64,000 nt of DNA from Pavona decussata (Eukaryota), in NCBI GenBank assembly GCA_977016875.1, contig CDRNST010000144.1, positions 5,332,001-5,396,000 on the forward strand, given 5' to 3'. The first letter of the stretch is position 1, and each line of letters begins with the position of its first letter. A program made the translations under genes and the position numbers. The notes beneath the pieces were generated by a model, which was not told the DNA's origin, made no database searches, and saw only the letters and a program-made list of their open reading frames with translations. Positions 28,832 through 40,904 of the stretch are shown in pieces.

Positions 28832-29265
28832 TTTTTCCTTTCTTTCATTAAAAGGGAATCACAAACAGGAAGTGTCCATGAAGACACCGTAAGTTCAATT
28901 TTCTTGCGTTCTATTTATGATAAATTCAGTTTATTTGCCACTGATTAATTTATAACTTACCGTGAAGTCCCAAAAATATCAGTAGACCTGCATCCTTCAA
29001 AAGCTCTGTTTTCACTGAACTCTGATAACCTGCAGCTGCATTGTTTTAGGGCAGGAAGCATTGTTCTGTCGTTCGTTCTTTTGTTCTTTCGACCAACTGT
29101 GCAAAACGCTGCAAATGGTGTAGGTCTACCCAAAAATATCGCCCTTCGTTAATTTCTGATTTAGCAGCGGCATCTCACTAGCGTTCCTTTCAGGTGATCC
29201 CTTCGTCCGGGTGACGTGGTCAACGCTTTCGGGTAGCTAATAATTGTAAGGTGTCCATACCTATC

Positions 29266-29340
29266 TAGCCTGCGAACAGCCGACGTATTTCCGGTCGTCA
29301 CTTCTCTCCCTTCGGAAATACGTCTGCTGTTCGCAGGCTA
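29266..29340. mobile_element. 75-bp hairpin MITE, TAG...CTA termini, perfect 9-bp TSD
   Basis: ATACCTATC at 29257-29265 and 29341-29349. Arms TAGCCTGCGAACAGCCGACGTATTTCCG / CGGAAATACGTCTGCTGTTCGCAGGCTA. Confidence 0.85.
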
Positions 29341-31394
29341 ATACCTATCATGCTTTCTCGAATCACGACAAATCTGTAAAGGTTCAACGCACAACTTTGC
29401 ACTAAAAAGCATTCTCAGTGTAAACTGGTTATAATTATGATAATGATAATACTGAAACTTCTCACCATACTCTGTGCCCATTTCTCAAACCAGAATCTTT
29501 GCACGTGATAAGCTTCTTCTCACACCTGGTACGCATGCCTATAGATTATTACCTGATACACCAAAAATGTATTTCAGCCTTCTTTTATGATAACAACGAC
29601 AAGGTTAAGTAAAGGCTTTGGCAACAAACTGAGTAGAGGTTACAAAGCCCTTCTCATTCCAAAATGTTACACTATATAATCTGGTCTGAAAAAGCCTGAA
29701 AGATTGCGAAATGTAAGATGGTGAGAAGTCGCAGTTTGTTCCTTGTTAAAGACGTTGGTATTATTTTGTTCATGATCATAAATGCTTTTTCCTCTTAGGT
29801 GATGGTTACCCAATCTAATACTACTGAAAGGTAAACTGTTTTGACTTTTGTTTTACCCACCAAATTGTAATTGACTTTTTAAAGACCAATATTCTCGAAC
29901 GCTGGCGTTAGCTCAAAGCTCTTACCTTCCGTTTTTTGTATGTCCCAAACCTCAAAAGAGAAGGCTTAAATCTGTTGTAACGGTGTACTCTGCTTTCACG
30001 AGACGTTTGCTGTAAGTTTCAGTGTCAAATTTAGTTTGTGCTAGCTTTGGTGAATGAATGATACAAAAGAAAGAGTAAAATGAACAAATAAGCGAGACAT
30101 AAATGAAAACGAGTGGGGTCGGTGAGTACCTATCTGTAATTAATGCAATACTAAAAGAATTATTTTTATCTCCAGCGAGCCGGTAAAAAAGAAGAAAACT
30201 AAAAGAAATAAAAAGAAGAAGAAGAAGGCAAAAGCTGGTAATGAGCAGGTCAGTAGAATTCAAACGTTTTACTGAGATTTTAAAAGTTATTTAGAGATGA
30301 GAAATGTTTGGAATTATTAACGTGTATGTTACACGTTTTTCGTTGTCCACCGTCCTCTGGTACTACAATCCGGGCCAAAAACCTTCAGACAGTCTGTTCG
30401 AGTTAGTTAGCAGAGTTAGTTCCCGTTCCCTCATTCAATGTTGATCGCATGTGAAATATTTTTCGTCTAACCACGTTTGATCAACGCTGAATGGAAAGAG
30501 GGTGTTTCAAAGAAATGTGGCCGGGATTGTATTTACTAGATCTGATGATCAGATCTGAACCAACAATTGGTACGAGAGACGACGAATCCTCGAAGACATT
30601 GCCAGGAAGTGTGTTCTGAATAGTCTACTGTTTTTCTTTCTCGTTTTAGGATTTCTTAAGAAATATTGTGAGTTTTCCTTTCGAATTAGCGCACTATGGA
30701 AACTGAAAAATATCCACCAAAAATCTTCCTCATCCGCAAACCTTTTGCACAGTTGGTCACGTGACAAATATTTCGAAATCATAAATCTGAAGCAACAGTT
30801 TTTTTTGTCTTTGGTTTTGAGAAATAATTTTAACGGAAATAGAACGAGCATACAGAATTTAGGCAGCATGCCAGTTTTCAAGGTAATATCCAAAAGGGGG
30901 ATTTGTACGGCCGTCTGAATTTAGACGAATTTGTGTTGAAAGCTTGGCCTCCAGTCACGCTCCAGTTCTTTTCTATACAAGTCTTGGCATATTTTCCAAA
31001 TTTTCAAACTGCCATTAAAACTCTGCCAGACATTTGCATTTGTGGTTAATTTATTTTCTTCGTTCTTCTCTGGTTTCTTAAAGTTAGATAGCTCCCGTGT
31101 CTTTGAAGGATCAATTATAGCAAATTCAGTCATCACAGCTACAAGTTCCACAATAGTCGGTCACGTGACGAATACTTACAAAAGGCCTATGGTGATGAGT
31201 TACTTATAGTTTGAAATACTGGCCTAAATATTTACTTTTATGGTCACTTTAACATTGTTTGTTGTTGCTGTTGCTAATTTAACCTTTCTCCTTCTTTGGA
31301 TCTATAGGTCGCTAAGAAACGAGATATCCAATTGGCAAAGTGAGTTTTCTAGCGATAGTATTTATTTAGTAAATGGTTTGAACCAAGGAGTCTT

Positions 31395-31842
31395 GTCATA
31401 CGTACGTAAATTATGGTTATCCGGGTGATTGTAATAGTGAGAGGTGATAGTGACTGACGTTTCGACAACCTGAGTGGAAGTCATCCTTAGAGTCAAGTAA
31501 ATTGTGGAACGACAGCAGATGGTATAAATAGCTCTNNNNNNNNNNNNNNNNNNNNNNNNNNNNNNNNNNNNNNNNNNNNNNNNNNNNNNNNNNNNNNNNN
31601 NNNNNNNNNNNNNNNNNNNNNNNNNNNNNNNNNNNNNNNNNNNNNNNNNNNNNNNNNNNNNNNNNNNNNNNNNNNNNNNNNNNNNNNNNNNNNNNNNNNN
31701 NACAACCAGATACAAATATACTATCTACTGATGTTCCACAATCTGAAGATGACTTCCGCTCAGGTTGCCGAAACGTCAATGTCACCTCAGACAGTCCTTT
31801 TCAGGACTACATTTACCCGAAATGATCATAATTTACGTACTA
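31395..31842. mobile_element. Inverted pair of Penelope-like terminal repeats flanking an assembly gap, with hammerhead-like cores
   Basis: 31395-31500 and 31740-31842 are diverged inverted copies. CTGAAGA...GAAACGTC core on + at 31743-31777. Confidence 0.55.
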
Positions 31843-32306
31843 AGTGTTTTTTTTTCGAGCTGTAGAACGAGTAAGTCTGTGAGAAAATTTGAGAGGCCCG
31901 CTTTCATGCTGCCTGGCCAGAAAAGTTAACTTTCGGTTATACAATTTATAAATGAAATCAGTAGAATAAGCTGAAGTTCAAACTGTAATGGTCTATTTTT
32001 TTTTTGCTAGAATCGTGAAAGATTTAACGGAAAAGACCATTTCTGAAGCTTTGGAGGAGGTAAAAAGATCGTTTAAGATTACTGCATACTAGTTGGTTGA
32101 TGTCACTCATTAAATGCCTATCGTGCTGATGCTTTATCTAATTCATACTTTCCATTTCATTCAGCTTTGAAACCATCCAGTTTCTTTAACTGCTCATTGA
32201 TTTGATGCTCGTTACTTCTTTTAACATTTACCTCAGCTGGTTTATGTATTGTTGAGAAAAGAAATGAACTCCACTACCAGTAATGACAGATGTACTTTTT
32301 CAATCA

Positions 32307-32438
32307 GTGACGCAGATATAATCGGAAAAGTTAAATTAGTGTTCTCCCAACAGGCGTCGAACCTAAGACCTCACGATTACTAGGTCAGATGCTCTACCAC
32401 TGAGCTACAGGAGACTAAGGCCATTAAACTAGGTTCAA
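32307..32438 (-). repeat. tRNA-derived SINE fragment
   Basis: Minus strand reads GTAGCTCAGTGGTAGAGCATCTGACCTAGTAATCGTGAGGTCTTAGGTTCGACGCC (A and B boxes) without a proper acceptor stem. Related fragments at about 49220-49340 and 50860-50930. Confidence 0.65.
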
Positions 32439-35400
32439 TAACGATGTTAGCTTTTCTTAAAAAAAAAAAAGAAGCTATTACGAACGGTTCAAGAAATCTT
32501 AATCTACGTATTCTTCGAACGTTTTGCCACAAGAACTTTTAAGAAATAACCCTTCGAAGCTCTGAGGTGGGCGAACACCAGTGTGTGACACATACTAGTG
32601 CTTAGCTTTGCTTGTCTGTTTCACGATCTGCCATGTTTCGTATTATGTGGGAGTGCCCAGCGGTGGGGAGGAGAATTGCTGGAACTGACAGAGCCATGAA
32701 TACTGTAATGAAATTTGCGGATAAAAGCCAGAAGTGCTATGAATTCTAATGCAAATTATTGACTTTTCATGTTCATATAGCTGGAGTCTGAGGAAGTTGC
32801 TGAGGCACCCTGTGGCTCTCACGAGAGTGTGCAGTTGCTTAGCCTCCAGGAGGCAGTGGAAAATAAGGAACAAACAGTGCCAGACTTGGAGCAAAAGATG
32901 GCGGAACAAGACTGTGAGCAAGGAAATACCCCACAGGAAACCCAACCTCAGACAGAAGAATTGAGCGAACAGATCAAGATGCTGAAAGAAAAGTTGCAGG
33001 AGGTTAGCATCTCTGGTTTATCACAGCTTTTCCTTTGTGCTACAGTTATTCTTTAAATGAGAAAATATTAAGAGAAAAATTTTGTCCGCACACTCAAATT
33101 CATATCCACCTGCTACAACACAATAAACAATATCACAGGAAAGTACTGCTCAGTAGTTATCATTTGAATAACCACTCTGTAGGGCCTCATCCAAAGACTC
33201 AGAAGTTAGGACCTCCTTTAACAGCATAATAAAAGCATCTCAGAAAGTGTGCTCAGTAGCTTCATTTTGAATGGCCACACTTCAGGATTTCATCTAAGGC
33301 CAACGCGACAGCACGATGAATATCACCTCAGGCAAATACTGCTGCATAGCTCGCATTAAAGTGGTCTTAAGGAATGGAAGTGAGAACCATATTTAAGCAA
33401 CACTTGAGGATTGTCTCTTGTGATGAAAATAAACAACAATGTTTTTCTGTTTAATTATTTAGAGAGATGCTACGTTAAAAACACAACAGAGGGAACTGGA
33501 CAAGGCATCTAAAGACCTCTCAGACGCGAAATTATTGATAAGCGATCTTGAGAGTCGAGTGTCGGAGAAAGATAATACCATCATTGAACTGCACAGCCTG
33601 AGGGAGAAGGACCAGGAAAATACCAAAAGGAGGATGGATGAGTTAAACCAAGCGCTAAATGACAACATTATAAGAATTAATCAAGGTAATCAAGAGCTGC
33701 AGGAGAGAGATGGAACAATTGATCACCTGAATGAAGAACTTGATGGTCTGAAAGGTGAGCTGGAAAAATACAAGCTACGTGAATTGGAGATGGAGAAATA
33801 TCTTCAACAGCTTCAGAGGATGAATGCTAATGAGGTTGAAAGAATGCACAAAGAACAACAAGGAGAGTTGCAAGCCGTGAATTCAAAACATGTTGCCGAA
33901 TTGGCAGAGCTCAAGTTGTTGACGACGAAGCAACTTGAAGAAACAGGCCAGGAGGTGAAAAAGCTGAGGCAAGTGTACGACATTGAGGTGCACGAGTTGA
34001 AGGGTTCGCTTAGCAAACGGATCTTACTCCAAACAAATTTAGAACAACAGATGAAGAGATTAGAAGGAGACTTTGATAATGTTGTGGCTTGCTTGAGAGA
34101 GAAAGATGCGCCTTAGAGAAGCTTCAGTTAAGGTTGAAAGAGTTGGAGAATTCAAGCGCGAGCGAAATCAGCTTGTTAAGAAGCGAGTTAAAGAATAAGG
34201 ATGAACAAACTGCCGAGTTGGAGGAAAAGATAGCGAATGAAGAAGAAAAGAACTTGAAAGCAAGCAACAAGCTTACTAAGTTAGAGGAGGACTTTCTGAA
34301 GGTTACAGAAGAAAGAAATAGACTCGTTAATGAGAATGACGTGCTGACAGACACCCAAAAGTTGTTGCAAGAAAGGATGGCCACATTATTTGATAGCTTT
34401 TTCGAGGTAACCGACGAACAAATCAGCCTCTTTAATGAAATTGAGTTGCTGCGAACGACTAACCAGATACTGGAGCAAAGCATGAATCTCCTAGAGCAAA
34501 GCACTTGTCCTGTTTCCAATCAAATTGTCAGAGGGTCGTCACTTGTGGAAGATTCTGTAGAAAGGCTTGAAGAGAGGCAGAACGCTGGTTTTACTCAAGG
34601 TACAGTATTGTGGGTTAAAGATAGAGTACTCATCTTTAGCACAATATTTCTCTTCTTGTTCGAACACATATTCTTAAAACATTAGCCAGAAAGAGGAGGA
34701 GAGAAAAATTGTGAACGGCTTCCACATATAAAAAGACAAATTTACAAAGCTCTGAACTTACTGCGTGCTCTTTATTTAGTATACGCACGTTATAAGCGTC
34801 TATCTCCAAACACCAGTAGACTGAGTTACGTGGAAGTGGTGCAAGTGCTTCATATAGACTTAAATCAAGTTAAAATCAGTTGGAAATGTTTTCAAGCACT
34901 GATAAAAACTGGGTTGTTCAAGACCGATTTACAGTGTTAAATTTAAGAAAAAGGTGGTGACGTTTTACCGTCATAAAAACAGACATTAAAACACATTCGA
35001 TGGTTTTTCCAAATCTTTCTCTTTCCAAACGACAGTGGCGAATTATTTCTGAAACACATAAACGGTATCGAGTTCGGCCTATGAACGTGGAGGTTGTACA
35101 TCAAACTAAATTCACGATGACAAGATCAGCTCAAGAGTTATTTCCACGAGTGAAATAAATGAAATTTCACAAATTGAAGCTGTGGCTAGGACAATGAGAG
35201 ACTATCATAGTTGATAGGTTGAGCTAGATGGGATGTCTCATCGCTCTCTGCGCCAGTCTTATTGCACGGGTAAAACGGACAAAACTGACTTCTACCAATG
35301 TAACCATACAAAATGTGCAGAAAATAATAATAAGAATGTTAGATTTTGACGTGGATCTTGAAATTTATATGTTTTTACTCTACTCATAGTTAGTACTAAC

Positions 35401-37440
35401 TAGCAAACTATGCTCTACTTGTTCTTATTGAAGGTTATCCAGACCCGGCCAAGTTGACAACGAAGCTTAATGAACTTCGTGAATTAGTGCAAAAGAAAAA
35501 CAAGTTGGACCGAAAGCTGAGAAAAGAACTTCAGGAGACCAAAGAGGAGCTTCAGAAGGAAAAAGAGAAGTTCAGGAAAGAAACAAGAGAACGTTCTCTG
35601 CAGGACGGCAAACGAAAACTTGAGAAACAGCTGACGGCAATGGAAAAAGAAACCGGTGACTTACTTGAGGAGCTCTCCATATTACAGGTTTGTATAATTT
35701 TGTGCAAACCACCTACCATTTCAATGAGACTTTGGTACATTTACTTCTACCAAGAAAATACACTCTACGATTCACTAAGAAAAAATGTAATAATAATGAT
35801 AAGAAAACGTTAATACACACATTAGAATACAAGCGTACAACAAGGCAAATAATGAAACCGAAAAATATAGAATAAAATAATACCAAAACTTATAAGATCT
35901 GTAGACAAAAACAAAATAGAACAAAAGAAAACAAAAAATAACTGATTTACATCACGTAAACCTTTTATACCGAACTAATAGACACTACATTAAAGAATTG
36001 TCCAGATTGCATAAGACGAATTACGTAAGCTCACGATAAAACTCTTAAAACAAAACAATAAGAAAAAATTAACAAATAAACAAAAAGGTAGCGTTCGTGG
36101 CTAATAGTTTCGTTATCCAAAAAACGTTTTATAACGAGACGAAGTGATAAAACATCTAAACTCATTCGACTTGACTTCAAGACTACAAACAATTCAATCT
36201 ACCTTAATTTTATGTCACTGAATTCCCCAAATGATTGAAGCCACTTTACTTAAAGATCGATCGTGGAATGCTCTATCGATCGCAGACAACTGGGCCTGTC
36301 CATAACTTAACGCCAAGAGATGTGCTCGGCAAGGGACCAGAGAGATAAATCGATTTGCCTGCGGTAAAACGTTGCGCACAGGGAGTTTTGTGAAGAAATA
36401 AACTTCCAAAACCTACACTTTCTTGTGGATGTGTGATGCCACAAAAATCAGTTTAACGGCGTGAGAGAACTTTTTAATGATTAAGTAACGAGAACATGAT
36501 ATTGATAAAAGATACACAGACACTTTACTGGATAGGAACTGATGCGTTTATTCTTTTGCCTTAAACGAATGAAATCGGCTGTCTGTTTTGTTGTCGTCGT
36601 TTTTAATATTCTTTCCCCTCATCTGCCAGGAAGATTTGAATCAAATTTTTGAAATACAGTAAAAAGCCCAAATAGAGTGACAAAATTGTCACTAATTAAC
36701 ACTTTAATCATTATCTGTTTAATTTGCTAAGACATTATTTGTTTTCAATTGCTTCAAATTAATTTTCTGCTATTTGATTTCTTTTTCAGCGGAAGAAGAA
36801 GTTGAACGTATTTAGACGCTGGTTTAGGTGTCTTCAGCCAAGCGAATTTAATTGAAAGCTTACTTTCTCTTCTGTATTTTAACATTTTTTATGTGTTTTT
36901 TTTTTATTTATTTCTATTGTTATTGAAATGTTGATTTCCGTGAGTAGTACTCTGTTGTTTCCATATTTCATTGCCCAAAAGAAAGAAAAGAAAAATGCGT
37001 ACAAAAGAAAACAAGAACAAAGAAACAAAGAAAAAACCCCCCCCAAAAAAAAAATAAATAATAAAAAATAAAAAGAAAGAAGAAGAAGAAAAAAAAGGAA
37101 GCTCATCAAAAATTACTGGATAATAATCACAGCCCTCTGTATTATGCCTATGAAAAATATCGCATTTTTTATACTTTCGTAAAGAGTTTTATATCCGCAT
37201 AGACCCTTATTCAGTGACATTTTCCCCCATTTCATTTTCTTTGTTAAATTAAATTATTATTAATTTCGCTGTAATTCAATTTCTGCTTTGGCGCAGATGG
37301 TCCGAAAATAGAAATGCCGAAAATGAAAAAAAAAATTAAAAAAATATGAAATGGAAACGCACAAAAATATTTTCTCTTCTTATGTTTTCAGTTTTTCTTT
37401 TTATCATTTCACCTTTCCTTTACACATTTCTTGTTAAATA

Positions 37441-38110
37441 AATAAGAAGCTGGGTCTACTTAAACGTATTCGTTATTGCCTACCTTTAGATGCTAGATTG
37501 CTGTTTTTCAACAGCTATGTTCTGCCATTGTTTGACTATGCTGATATCGTATGGGGGGATAGGGGTAATTCCACTCTAATGTTGCAACTTCAATCTTTAC
37601 ACAATAAAGCTGCAAAAATAATTTTAGATTTGCCCATTGGATCATCTGCAAGTGAGGCCTTGAATAAACTGAAATGGAAAACTCTCGCAAGACGTAGGGC
37701 CGAGCATAGGGCAACTTTTATTTATAAATGTTTGAATAACTTATTTTCTCATCGTTTTAATATTGAATTCAATAAGGATAAACACGATTATAATACTAGA
37801 TGTAAAAATAATATCCGTAAGAGTGCATCTAGTAGGAACTGGGGGCATTGGACATCGACAAATTTTGCCTCAAACGATTGGAATAAATTAGACCTTTCAA
37901 TCAGACAAAGCCCATCATTAGCTAGTTTTAAAAGAGTGGTAAGAAATGTAAATAGTCTTTAGTCTAATTTTTATATATTCATATTCATATATTAGTCTTT
38001 ATTTTTCTTTTTTTTTTTTTTTTTTTTTATTCTTTTTAATTTTCGAGGACTCTTTTGTAAATCACTTATTAGTGACATTGATTTCCTCAATAAAGATTAT
38101 TATTATTATA
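37441..38110 (+). mobile_element. 5'-truncated non-LTR retrotransposon (L2/CR1-group) ORF2 C-terminus with (TTA)n tail
   Basis: Open frame NKKLGLLKRIRYCLPLDARLLFFNSYVLPLFDYADIVWGD...HDYNTR...WNKL...SLASFKR to 37962. AATAAA followed by (TTA)n at about 38089-38110. Confidence 0.85.
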
Positions 38111-40904
38111 ATCATGTGCATCACTTGTTCTTAATTTCAAATTACGCGCAGTCGTGTTGCGATTTCAAAGCCAATCCAAACTGGTGTATGAATGAAATAA
38201 CCAGCGATCGTTTAAAACAAAAATTAATAAATAACAGCGATCGCTTTATGCTCTTGTAATACGATTTCTTTAGTACAAAAAACAGGGATCAAAAACGAAC
38301 AAAGTAGAAAGAGAAAAGTACCACGAAAGAATAAAAAAAGGATAAAAGAATAAAAATAAATAAAAAACTAAAAAAAACAAACAAAACAAAACAAACAAAC
38401 AAACACTAAATCAGAGGAAGAGAAAATTATAATACTGCGTTCTATTTTCGGACAACTTTTACCGGCTAAAATGGAAAAATAGAAATAGCATTGAAATTTA
38501 ATATCTTTAAAAGTGGAAAGTTTTACGAGTTAACCTATCGAATATATTGCTTGGTACTCTTTCTCATAAGAACCTATGACAAATTTGATCAAAATAAAAA
38601 TTGAAGAAGTAAATTTAGTGGTGGACTATGTTAGCTTGAAATGCCTTATAAAATGAAAAAAAATCTTGTTACTGGTCTCTATCTCGTGATAGTAATATAA
38701 GTTTTTATTGCATTAGCTAACTTGCGCATGATTTCATGAAATAAATTAATGTTGTGAGAATACTGTTTAAATGGGATAGTTTCAGCAAGAGAATTGGCGG
38801 ACGTGTTTGCCGTTGGATCAAAAGCCATAGTAATATAGAAGTTGAATGTATGAATAAGTCTTGTTCATGCGCCATTTAGGTAAAAAGAAGCATATTAGGC
38901 ATTCTACAAACGTAATAGGTTAACACAGCAATGTCCGGGCCTGTTTACATGAAAGTTAGCCTTCACCTTTGATGTCAACATTTTTTGGTTCCTAGGTGCG
39001 TTGATCACGTGCGACACTAAGCAAAAGTCTAGGAACTTGTGCCTCAGGTTTCATCTCGATCAGGATGAACTCGTCTTCAGCGATGTAACCTCGTCCAGGC
39101 ATCGCGGGATGAAAGAATTGTGTACAAAAAAAGATATACATTTCATCCCGTGACTATACACTCCCGGTCATCTCTGCTCTCATGTAAACGGGCCCTTATG
39201 TAATTACGATCACGTAGTTGAAATCATCGTCGAAAATGTTCCTTGTTGCTTAGTAGTTGTGAAGGTTGTGATTTGAAGTTCCGATGTTAAGTTTGAAATA
39301 TGAAAGAGATAGTGAAGATTGATGTGATAAACTATTGGATTTTTTCCTCTCTATCAATCAAATTAATCAGTTTTCAAACTTGTACGATTGTTGTAATTAA
39401 AAAAATTAAACATTGAATTGTAGACTCTTGTGTTATTGTAACGAGGTTTGCCAACCTTAGTATGATATAAAAACAAAATGGGCGCTTTCGCACTAGAATA
39501 CAAATGACATTGTTTCGTCGACTCGGTCATCAACTTTACATATTAACGCTGTCTAGACCGCCCTTTTTTTGTCTTTTAGGGCTAAAGGTTGAGCGGATCC
39601 CCCCGCCCCACCCACCCACCATAACTTCGCAAGTATAAAATCTATGGCCATGAAACTTAGAGTATAGATAGAACGTCCAAAGGTGTTTCCTTTTGATGTC
39701 CACAACGTGAAGTGATGGTGTCATATGACGTGGTAATTACGTCATGATTTCCAAACAGCGGCCATCTTGGATAAGCTAAAAATAACGGATATTTTGATGT
39801 TTAGTTTTCATTTTAAAAGGGATTTTTCATTTTCTAAAACACTGCCCGTCAAAAATTTGTTTGTTGTATGGTAACATAAATGCCAATAACCAATGAACAC
39901 TAGGCGACAACATCAATTTTTTCCAGATAAATTTCTGAAAAAAGTCCTGAAGTTTCATGTTTGGTGTTTGCTCAAATATAAAAAAAAAGGTTTTTCAGGT
40001 TGAAAGTCGCGACGGACATGATTAACCCCTTCCATTTTAAACTGCTAAGTGCATGTTTTGTCTCTGCATTTTGGGCTACATTTCCCCATGAATTACGTCA
40101 CGATATCCTCGGCTAGCTGTAGCGCATGCTTACTAGAACCGTTTTTTTATTAATTTACAAAGGAAACTTCAAATATTCTATAAAGATGACGATTTTAGAA
40201 ATAAAAAATCCATATTAAAATAAACTAAAATTACAAAGAAATGAGTCCACTTGAAACACAAACAATAGGACCCACTGGCATCTTCAGAATATTGTATATG
40301 TAGTTAATTGAAAATTACACTTTACTATTTAAAAATGGCACTTGATTAAATTTTATTAGTGATAATATCTATACTTGTCAAAAACATGGCGTCCATTTAA
40401 GCTCTGATTTCACTAAAGCTGTTTTTAAATCGAATTTTTTCATATTTCCCGACGTTAAACAACGTCAAAATTTAAGCCAAATACAGTATGGACCAAATTT
40501 ATATCAAAATCGAGTCTGCACGAATTAACAAAAGAGGACGCCTTAAGAGAACCCAATCCTTCAAAGCACACAAACGTACTTCAAAGAAGTGCTTCAAATC
40601 AAAGATATACAGAAGATTCCACGTAACTCCATTAAAAAATCGTTTGAAGTAACACATTTTTCCCCAGTGTGAAAAAAAAAAAACTACTGCGACCTAGAAC
40701 GTTATTTTGAATCCTGTGTTCATAAATTAAACTAAATTAAGTTGTAACATTTGTGAAAGCTTGGGAGAAATCCATAGCAGGAGCTATGGAGATGCTTGCC
40801 TTAGGCGCTTTTAAACACATCCTTGCCATTCTTCTTTCAGACTTGTAGTTGACGACCAAAATTACTCCAGTTTACCAAACCAAAAACATTTCTTCCAGCT
40901 AATC

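Larger units (their letters stand above)
22072..36855 (+). pseudogene. Multi-exon coiled-coil protein gene, family unknown; 1-nt frameshift near 34108; 5' end unresolved or decayed
   Basis: Phase-compatible GT-AG exons: 22072-22089, 24197-24267, 27653-27701, 32-nt exons (28012-28043, 29799-29830, 31308-31339), 32011-32059, 32781-33002, 33463-34599, 35434-35687, 36790-36855. E/K/L/Q-rich heptad sequence. The 33535-34116 and 34089-34685 ORFs overlap in different frames. The large 3' exons are well supported; the micro-exons less so. Confidence 0.7.

Noticed and set aside
32350-32412. Possible tRNA gene (also about 43250-43330)
   Set aside because: A/B boxes are present but there is no acceptor stem, and the flanks recur elsewhere; these are SINE fragments.
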